A stretch of 64,000 nucleotides of DNA from NCBI GenBank assembly GCA_965113315.1, contig OZ220368.1; one strand, 5' to 3'. Shown one piece after another: positions 54,508 to 64,000 of the stretch (positions within the stretch are counted from its first letter, which is position 1; each line of letters starts with the position of its first letter). The notes beneath the pieces were generated by a model. The model had not been told where the DNA came from. It saw nothing but the letters and a program-made list of their open reading frames with translations, and made no database searches. The position numbers and the translations under genes were made by a program. The DNA is from Podarcis vaucheri (lineage: Eukaryota).

Positions 54508-55443
54508 TTGGTATGTACATAGAACTCCTCACGAGAGGATGGAGGATGTGGCCACAGGGTGCAGGAGGTGGGTTGCCTGAACTCTGCTTATGTGACTTCC
54601 AGCTGCAAAGGTAAAGTGTTTTAGAGCAGGTTGCATAGTCCAACCATTTCCATCCTTCTTAAGAATTCAGCTTTAGCAATAACTTGTTTGCACGGTGGCC
54701 CCATTTTCATTTTTACAAAGCTTCAGTGGTATGGGAGGAGGAGGATTGTTCTGACATTTATTCCATGAAGAAGTTTAATTTCATAGCAACTCTGTAAAAG
54801 CACCATGCACAAAGTGTTGCAGGTTGGAGTGTTCTCCTTTAGGGTTCCAGCCAGCCAACCAGCTATTTCCTCTTCACCCCATTTCATTTCTTTCCCACTC
54901 CTCTAGCCTCGTTTCCATTCCTGTCTGCCCCAAAGTCAGTTAAGCTGCCCATAGCAAGCTCAGTCCTCATTGAACTACCGGTATGTAGCCCCGGCCCCAA
55001 AATGCCTTGAGTCTGCAGGCACTTCCCTCTTGTCTGTTGCTGGTGTGAATTTCAGTACGTAAGGATCCACTTATGAGGTTACTGTTAGTCTATGCAACAA
55101 CTATAACTACAACAACTATAACAGCAGGAACTACTACAATTACAGCAGCAGCAGCAGCAGCTACAAGTAAGATGCTGCTACAAGTAAGATTTTCCATTCC
55201 ATTTTAACATGGACTGGTCTTTTACGTGGAACAAAGTCATTACGTGATCATTATGAGTAAGGTTTTATAGTTCTCCCCCTCTTTCACATTAACAAACCAT
55301 CACAGAATAGAACTGGATAAGCAAAGCAAATTCTGTGGGAAAGGAGGAAAAGATTGAGAGAACAAATTTGACATAAAGGCAGCTTCTTTGGGGAGCCAGA
55401 AAAGTGCTTTGAGGATTTTGCTAAATAGTGTGGCTAGGCAAGG

Positions 55444-55446
<3 letters not shown>

Positions 55447-55479
<33 letters not shown>
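55447..55479. repeat. (CT)n microsatellite
   Basis: Pure TC run. Confidence 0.95.
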
Positions 55480-55481
<2 letters not shown>

Positions 55482-58379
55482 GCAATTCCGAATTCACTTC
55501 ATAAGCCAAAAAGATTTTTAACTTGAGCGATGCAGAGGTGAAACGCAGAAAGACTGTTACTCATCACTTGCCACATACATTCCTCCCTCATGTAACATTC
55601 AAGCAAAGCCTGAAAGGAAAGATAACCCTTATGCTGAGCTCTGAAGGTCAGTCGACTCGGACTCTGGCAGAGTAATGTGGAGAATTGCAGAGCCAGGAGC
55701 CCTCGACTTCTTGAGCTATAGTATGAGGAACAGACTGCGGCTGGGAGGAAAAATGTCCTATTGAATTCACTTTCCAAGACAGGGTCAGCAGATATTACAT
55801 CTATTGTCAGCTTTATAGAGTCTATTGCACATTTCTATGTACAAAGGAAGCAGAAACTCCCAAGGGTAAGCTACCTGACTAAACGCCCTATTCAGTGAGC
55901 CAGAGAAGGCTGTTTTCTGTATCAGAGATCTATTGCATTTGGATGGTGGTGGTAATAAACTGCCATAATTCCTCTCAGGCGGAAGTCTTTATAGAGATAA
56001 TTCACACTGAGTCTTCTTGGATTTTGCCACAGTAAGGATTTTCTTATTTGACGTTTGAAGCAAGATCTCTGTGGTATCAGAAGATACTAGAACTTGTATC
56101 TGAGAATAAAGTTTGCCTCTTCATTGTGCCTCCTATTTTAGACCCTTTGTTTACTGATACCCATGGAAGTCTATCCATGTATGAAAAGTAGCTACAGTGT
56201 GTCTGGACAGGATCATAAACCATGGGTTATTGTGATGGGAATGAATTAATGCATGCCTCACGCTCACACATGCCCTGTCTCCATCCACTATGGATGAGCG
56301 GGGGCAATAAGACACTTTTCTATTAATTTTAGATTATCCAAACCTGAAAATGTGTGGTTGCTACCAATCTGTTCCTGGTCACCATGCCAGAGAAGGAGGG
56401 AAGAATAAGCCTTGCAAAGGGTTTGTTCACACTGTTATGAACAGCTGAGGTGCAGGAGAGTGGGGGAGGGGTCAATCCTGCTCAATTTGGGTACATGGGA
56501 GAGTTCCCAAACCCAGCCCTAAGCAGGTTGGAAACTGCTTCCTTGAGACTTCATAGCACTGAATCATCTGATGTCATTGTGATGCCAGGTGACTGACACG
56601 TAGGGGGCCCTACCCACTTGCTAAATTTGACTCATGATAAGGATCTGGCCCATGGAGCCAACAAGGTTCCCCACTGCTTTGGAACTAACAATTTATCATT
56701 ACTCCCAAATGCAATAAACTAAGCTCATGAGGGCCAGACACTTATTTTTCAAAACATTAAAATCAAGATTCTTAATATTCTGCCCATAATCCAGGAATGC
56801 AAAAAATAATTTAAAAAAATTGTCGGAACCTGATCAAGGCATTTTAAATGTCGACACAATTCATTTTTGCCTATAACACGGTCCTTGCCTTGATAATCTT
56901 CCCAGCACTATAGTCTTAAGCTTATGTACTTACAAGTAAATATTAGCAAAATCAATCAGAACATACTTTCATATAAAAATGTTTAGCTGTAAATAGCAAA
57001 GCTGTAAGTGGTAAGACATTTAAGGAGAAGTAACCTATGTGAGAGAAAAACCCAAATATATTGTGCAGTTATTAACTACTGGTGTTGTTTATAATTAGCT
57101 TCTTATCTGTGTAAGGTATTTGTAGAAGCATACAAGAGTGACAACTGAGTTTTACTTTTAAGTACCATTAATAACCTGTCTATTCCTGTAATGGAAATAA
57201 GTATAGCCTGATAAATGAATGATAATTGCCCAGTGCATTCACAAAAATGCCAAATTTGCAAATAAATATGCTGATTACTGCTATATAATAATTAGTTTAT
57301 TTGCCAACTTTCAGAATTTTGACTAAGTAAATAGTATATTCTCTTAGTCATCGCAAGTTATTAACCATACAGAGGTGTATTTGTAGAAAGTAAGCACAAA
57401 CTCTTCATATTAGCTTCAGGTGTCAATATATTTTTAAAAATCTGACTGCAGCTGAACAGAACCAAGGCTACTTCACACTACATTATTTTGCATATCAATT
57501 CCGTGTAGGAGCAACTGGGTGCTCTGTCATGTGTAAACAATCCACATGCTTATCTCTGCTGAGTGTAACACATAGTGGGAAGATGCAGTAAGCCAGAGTA
57601 ACCTATGTGAATAACTATATAAGCACATGTGTATTTAATATACTTTATCAGCTTGCACACATTACCTAACAGTGAAGTACTATCTTCGAAGGAAATGATC
57701 AAAAGTGGCAAGAACCATGGTAAAGAGAGGCATGTTTGCTAAGGTTCTGAAGGAAAGAGCTGGCCAAGGTCTAATGGAGAGCTGGCAATCACTTGACTAA
57801 GGCCCAGATCATGCAAGGTGCAGAATTTGCACTGGCATTGTTGAAATTACCAAAGTTGTACGGGAAATTGCCTCCAACAAAAAGCCAACTCCATGAAACT
57901 GCCTCTGCACTGTTGTGTTTCAAGCATCAGTCACACTGCTATTAGCACGTCTAAATTAAATTGGGTCTAATCCAGGAATACTCAGTTTGTGAACAACTGC
58001 TCAAGTGGCTGGTTGGGTGAGAACACGTCTAATGGAACTGAGAAGGCCATGCAAATGCATAGCAGACAGCCGTTTGGTTACAAACCTATTCAAGGGATCT
58101 GGTGGACTTTTATCATTCTTTTTTATGTACAAAAATGAGCCCAACAGAGTAGTCATGACTTTCATTGACAAACCATGTAACATTATCATGTGGAATGTCA
58201 CTCCACTATCTGAGCCCTGGAGAACTGTTATAAGTAATATCACAGCATAATGTTTGGTTATTGCAGCAAGCGGACCCTTCTGAAGTAAACTGGTACTAGA
58301 AAATATAATTAATGATCAGTCTGTGAGTGCTTAGAAAAAGATACTCTGATTATTAGGACACCAGATTGGGATAGGAAGC

Positions 58380-58745
58380 CAATGCTGCTGAAGATTTGGG
58401 ATTCAATAATACTTTAACAGATTGGAGAACTGGGCCAAGACTAACAAAATGAATTTCAACAGGGATAAATTTGAGGTTCTACACTTACGCAGGAAGAACT
58501 AGTTGCACCAATACAAGATGGGGGACATCTGGCTTACCAGTAGTACATGTGAAAAAGGTATATAGATGTCATGATAGACCACAAGCTTAACATGAGTCAA
58601 CAGTGTGATGCAACAACGACAACAAAAAGCAAATGCTATTCTAGACTGCATCAACAAAAGTATAGTGTCCCGCTGTATGTTGCCTTGATCAGACCACGCC
58701 TGTAATACTGTCCCCAGTTCTGGGCACCATAATTTAAAAAGGATA
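58380..58745 (+). mobile_element. Decayed CR1 LINE ORF2 fragment
   Basis: aacaaaatgaatttcaacagggataaa...catgagtcaacagtgtgatgca...ctgcatcaac resembles the CR1 post-RT region, with stops and frameshifts. Confidence 0.75.
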
Positions 58746-58780
58746 TTTGTTCTAACACTGTTTGGGGAAACTGACTGGAC

Positions 58781-58930
58781 CTGAGGGATAGCTCAGTTAG
58801 TAGAGCATAAGACTTCTAATTTTAGGACTGTGGGTTCGAGAGCCATATTGGGTGAAAGATTCCTGTATTGCAGGAGGTCGGACTAGATGACCCTAGTGGT
58901 ATCTTCCAACTCTACAAGTCTGTGATTCTA
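58781..58930 (+). mobile_element. tRNA(Lys-like)-derived SINE with CR1-like 3' tail
   Basis: A box tagctcagttagtag, B box-like gggttcgagagcc, tail ggactagatgaccc...ttccaactctacaagtctgtgattct. Confidence 0.75.
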
Positions 58931-59002
58931 CTTTTAATGAAAGGACTGGTGCTGAACTGTTTTTATTGTAACTATTTGTATGGTTTTAATTGATGTTTAG
59001 TA

Positions 59003-59150
59003 NNNNNNNNNNNNNNNNNNNNNNNNNNNNNNNNNNNNNNNNNNNNNNNNNNNNNNNNNNNNNNNNNNNNNNNNNNNNNNNNNNNNNNNNNNNNNNNNNN
59101 NNNNNNNNNNNNNNNNNNNNNNNNNNNNNNNNNNNNNNNNNNNNNNNNNN
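59003..59150. other. Assembly gap (148 N)
   Basis: Run of N. Confidence 1.
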
Positions 59151-59241
59151 TATCAATGTGTAATTATTTTTTTCTACATTTTTAGCTTTTAAAAAATCTG
59201 TAGGCCACCTTAAGTCCCTGTCAGGGATAAAGGCATGGTAT

Positions 59242-59312
59242 AACAAACAAACAAACAAACAAACAAACAAACAAACAAACAAACCAACCAACCAACCAAC
59301 AAACAAACAAAC
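59242..59312. repeat. Compound (AAAC)n/(AACC)n microsatellite, likely a retroposon tail
   Basis: Tandem units directly after a LINE/SINE-like 3' end (ggtataa). Confidence 0.9.
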
Positions 59313-59948
59313 TGTAAAGATATATTACTTCTTAGACAACAGGTTGCATTACGTTGCAAGAAAGGAGATTGAACAGCAGGATCCAGATAAATCTGTAAGG
59401 GCATTAACAGAGAGACCAATGCAAGTTTGAGGAATTGCCCTTTAGAAATCAACTTACAGACACAGCTTTAGGAATTTAGTGACTTAACCAAGCAGGTGAT
59501 TTTTTTAGTCTGGGTTCCTATAAGTCTTGATTTTGAGGCTTAGATGCTAATTTGCAGCAAGGATATTTTTTATTTCATACTGTGGTCCTTTTCTTAAGCA
59601 TCCATGAGATTGGATTTACAAGTACGCCCAAGCCTGTTGCCATTTTGAATGATATTAATGATCCAGATTGATTTTTTTCTTTCAGCTAAAGTGGATCAGT
59701 CATTTGCCAGGCATGATAAGAAATGGCTCCTTATTTACATCAACATTAAGCAGAAGAAAAATCTATTGTATAACTCTGCAAAGCGCCAGAGTGTATATGG
59801 GTGCCACTTTATTTTTACAAAGGATCAGTATCTCAGGCAGAATATGTCAGGCAACATAAGCACTAAATGACAGCATTACTCATTTTGAAATGTCCATGTA
59901 GTCAGGGGGATTGAACCATAACCCAATATCATGCACAGATCAAATTAC

Positions 59949-60066
59949 CTGGTAGAGGAAGTGCTTGGTAGGGATCTCCTCATTGCTCCTGGGCTCATGC
60001 TATAGTATGAGGAACTTTCCAAATCTGAGAGTGAGAAATTAGGCCCTGTTCCGGCAGCTATCGGTG
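59949..60066 (-). CDS. NFIA: NFIA coding exon (equivalent to mammalian exon 5), 118 nt
   Basis: Encodes [38 protein letters not shown], recognised as NFIA. Acceptor TTTTCCCAG|, donor AG|GTAATT, phase 1 to 2. Confidence 0.96.
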
Positions 60067-61974
60067 CTGGGAAAACAAAGGGAAGTAAGTAAGTAAGTGA
60101 TGTGGAAAAGGAAGAATTACATTTCAAACATTCACTTTCACCTTAATGACCTACCAGCATGTAGGTAGTAAGGTATGAGTTAATTGGCACTGTAATCAGC
60201 AAGATTAAAAGTTCATTATGCAACTTTATGATTAAGGTCTTCTTTGAAGGTCTTTTACTGATGGCAAAGTCTGATTTTGTACCATCATGTATTTCAATGG
60301 CTTCAGAAACTGTAGGAATGCTTCTTCTTCTTATATCTGTTTCCTCATGTCTGGCATTACTGAGCACCTTAGCAATGTTCTCCCAAGCATTTCTCAGTGT
60401 TTGCTGTCCTGTGCACATGATAAGGTCTTCCTTTGTTACATTTTTCTCTTGACTTTTACAAATGTGTGTAATGAGCTAGTTTTTCACAAAGATATTACGA
60501 AGTCCTTTCTCTGCAGTGTTAAAAACAGAAGGTCATGAATCTCTTGCCATCAATAATATGGATCTGGTATCATCCACATAAGAAGTTGCTAAAGGCCTTT
60601 CTAGAGATTTTTTTATTACGCAATAAATATGCAGCTGTTACTTGGTTGTTGAGGGGGATCCAAAGCCTTCTCTCACCTGTTGTAGAGAAACAGCATCCCC
60701 CCAACACTTAAACAACAATTATTATTTTTTTGCTGCCATTATATGAACAGCTAGTGCAATAGTGAAACTGTAGAATCCTGTAATCCTGAACTCAGACTAG
60801 AATGAAGGGGAAGACACACTTCAATCTTGACATGAGTTCGGGATAACAGGCAGAGAGGCAGCAGCTTCATCCTCTGCAATTCAGCAACTGCCTCCATTGC
60901 TAGGAGGAATCACCAGGCAATCCCCAGCCAGGCAATAAACAGACAAGGCCAGGATGCGCCAGCTGGTGTTACCACAGTTCACCCTCAACAGTAACTTTAT
61001 GTATATTTTCTGTGCCAGTTATGGATTGATCTGGGAGAAAAACAGACAGCTCCTCTCCTCCCTTTCCAGGGGCTCCAGGAGTCCGTTAACTGCTTCATGA
61101 CATCCTGTGGCATAAAATCAGAGCCATTCCCAAGAATTTATTACATGACAGCAGACCACATATCAGTTTTCAAAGTGTTATTTTATTTAAATCTCCATTT
61201 CCTCCAGGAGTTAAAAGCAATGTGTGCAATCTCCCCGTTTTTATCTTCGCTACCAGTGAGTTAGGTTAGGGTAAGATGCAATGATTGGCTCAAGCCCATC
61301 AAGTCACCAATGGGTGTGAGTGTGTGCCATATACTTGTTTACCCAGCGTGCAAAATGTCTTGGGCCACTGAACGGAGGCAAGTCATGTTGGGTGGAATAG
61401 CCAAACCATAGTTAGGGCATTAGATCTAAGCCAGATTCCCAATTCTGGTTTCAAGGGCAAGTGGAAACTATAGTTTGCTAATTTGGATCTAACAATGACC
61501 TAAGGTCTGCCAAACAAGGAAATCAGGGTTTGAATCAGGTGGAGGAAGCATGCAAGCCTAAGAATAGCCAAACCAATGGTTTGACACTGTGTATGAAGCA
61601 ACTCATTGCCTGCATAAATGATTTGCATATGTGAAATATCAATGTACTACAGTTCTCATACATCTAATACATTCAGCAAGTGGTAAGCAATCAAGGTTGA
61701 TTTACATGTTCCTTTAGCGTGTCCATGGCCAACAAGGGCCGTCTCTGTAGCTAATTGAGAAGAACTGGTTGGAGGACTGTCTTTAGCATATGCACCACTG
61801 GCGTGCAAAGATCCGCCTAGCGCCCCCAAATTTAGTTTAGTCGTTCCCAATTTTTTTAGGGGCGGTGAACTCAAAGTTGTTGAACTTTTTCTGGGAGTGG
61901 GAAAGCCAAAGTTGTTGACTTTTGGGGGGTGGGGAGGAAAATTGCTCACCTGTAACAATGACACAGCGGAAATA

Positions 61975-62200
61975 CAGTGGTACCTCGAGTTAAGTACTTA
62001 ATTCATTCTGGAGGTCCATTCTTAACCTGAAACTTTTCTTAACCTGAAGCACCACTTTAGCTAATGGGGCCTCCTGCTGCCGCTGCACCGCCGGAACACG
62101 ATTTCTGTTCTCATCCTGAAGCAAAGTTCTTAACCTGAGGCACTATTTTTGGGTTAGCAGAGTCTGTAACCTGAAGCGTATGTAACCCGAGGTACCACTG
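61975..62200 (-). mobile_element. Tigger-like MITE, copy 3 (226 bp), inverted relative to copies 1 and 2
   Basis: Internal sequence is the reverse complement of 40408-40633. TIRs and TA TSD present. Confidence 0.9.
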
Positions 62201-64000
62201 TAACTGCTTTTGTTTCCTTACTCATTGGGAATATTTGACACTACGGAGTAACAGAGCAAAGGGTGGGGGGACTTTCTCTCCATTGCTTTTCACTACCGCC
62301 GATCAAGAGGGACAGTAGGTATACACTTGGTGCCCCCCCAGAGTACATTTGGTGCCCCCCAGAATCCGGTGCCTGGGTGCCCCACACCTCTTGCACCCCT
62401 GGGTAAAGACGGCCCTGACGGGTTGCCTCCTGTACAACTGTGACCGGGGCAGGAAACCTGGTGTCCTGTCGATGTTCTGAACCTCAATTCCCATCATCCC
62501 TGCTGAATGGCCACATGGGCTGGGCTGATGGGAGTTACAGAACAGTATAGTTGGAGGACATCAGGTTGCCAACCACCGCCTCTGTGCAATGCCACTTTAG
62601 CTGCATATGCACAAATGTCTGTTTTCAGTGCTAGGATTAAAGTGGTGCTATAAACATAACATTGCCTTATAGCAAGTCCATCCAGCCCAGTTGACAGTGT
62701 TTACTGGCAGAGGCTTTCTGGGGTCTTGGGCAGAGGTGCTTTCCAGCATTTATCAACTGAGAGCTTTCCACATGTAGAGTATGCAATATGCTAAACTGCA
62801 ATCTTCAGCTGAGGAGCAACTATGTACTTAGTGTTTTACAGACTGCAGCTGAAGTACAAGAATAATGGGCAATACAAAGAACAAAATCCTCACACAGCTT
62901 ACTTATATAGTTCTCATGTAAACTATGGCGTACTCTCAGCCGTGGTTTAAGGACAGCCACTGAACTGAGATGCATTGATAGCAATGCATTTTTAAAAGCA
63001 CAGGATGGAAGGAGTGCAATGATATTAAAATGGGAGCCAGCCTTTAATGATCTTTGGAAGAAATTAACTTGGGAAATAATTTACAAGAATACTCTAGACT
63101 CATTTGCTGTCTTCCTTTAACTACAATATGCTTCCTGTGCAACGGGTGAATGAAACTTTAAAAAAAACCCAACCATTGTAAAATTAACTCATTTTATCAA
63201 TTTGTGCTGTCTGCTAGAGTTTCCTGACAGCAGAGACAAGAGGCTGTAAAACTGATGAATTTGCATGGAAAAAGAAACCAGTGTAAGTAATTTGTGTAAA
63301 AGGTAACACGGACATGGACTGCTATAATTCAGACACCCTGCGGATAGCAAACTGCTGCAGTGTGAGCAGTTATGGGTTAGAAAAATGACCACACTGCAGT
63401 CAGTCTGACTTGAATGGAAATCAATCATAAAGGTACACTCTGCAGCATCCACTCTACAGTTTTAGCAGTCTTGGCCAAACTTATTTCTGCTTTTAAAAGC
63501 CTTTGCTTGATAAATTTTCATTCACACAAGACCTATGGAAGTCCAAACTGAAAGGTTAATAATGTCCTTTCGAAGCAGGTACATAGAAATCTTGCTCCCA
63601 AGCCACTATAATATTTATTAAACAGGATTATTGAAGACAGAAAATGTGTGGAGGGGGGAATGATACACAGCCCAAGTCTATGCATGTGTACTCAGAAGTA
63701 AGTCCTACTATATTCCTATGGTATTACTTTATTAATTTACTCCAATCAGCATCTGTTTCTCTGTGTTCTCATTTTACTAGGCTTAGCTCTCTTAAATCTA
63801 ATTGTTCCTCATGAAGAAAATACTTTTGGAGATATGCAGATATCAAGGGAGGCAGGCGGAGAAATAGGTCTGCATGAACTTAGCCGAATACAATGTGAGA
63901 AAGAGTAAGGACATGATAGGGAATAGCAACTCATGCTATAGGTAGTATTTGTATTTGTTACTTTACTAAATTTATGACAATTATATTTGTATCCAACCTT

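Noticed and set aside
55105-55190. (CAG)n run and duplicated gctacaagtaagat
   Set aside because: Ordinary slippage or low-complexity intronic sequence with no splice signals supporting a poly-Gln or poly-Ala exon.
58785-58856. tRNA-Lys-like sequence (also at 8850-8896)
   Set aside because: Stems are broken and it continues into a CR1-like tail, so it is a SINE head, not a tRNA gene.
58986-59452. ORFs with LFVCLFVC repeats
   Set aside because: Artefacts of the (AAAC)n microsatellite and the N gap.

Overview
Eukaryotic (vertebrate) genomic DNA, most likely from a squamate and probably a lacertid-like lizard, inferred from Sauria-type SINEs and a Bov-B LINE. The window covers about 55 kb of the nuclear factor I A (NFIA) gene on the minus strand. 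Six coding exons (mammalian exons 5-10) encode part of the Ser/Pro-rich C-terminal transactivation region. All have canonical AG/GT boundaries and consistent phases (118, 128, 129, 179, 166 and 92 nt). The DNA-binding exons lie beyond the right edge and the last exon beyond the left edge. Introns contain many TEs: Sauria SINEs, a tRNA-head/CR1-tail SINE, Bov-B/CR1/L2 fragments, Tc1/mariner and hAT MITEs, and a solo LTR. They also hold microsatellites, a 148-N gap and TE-free, motif-rich stretches that may be enhancers. Almost all other ORFs in the track are noise. The most notable observations are a SINE insertion that copied its own target site into a perfect 65-bp palindrome, inverted MITEs flanking an in-frame exon 5-6 pair, and several C-terminal splicing options around exons 8-10. 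I found no convincing evidence of a wholly new gene system.
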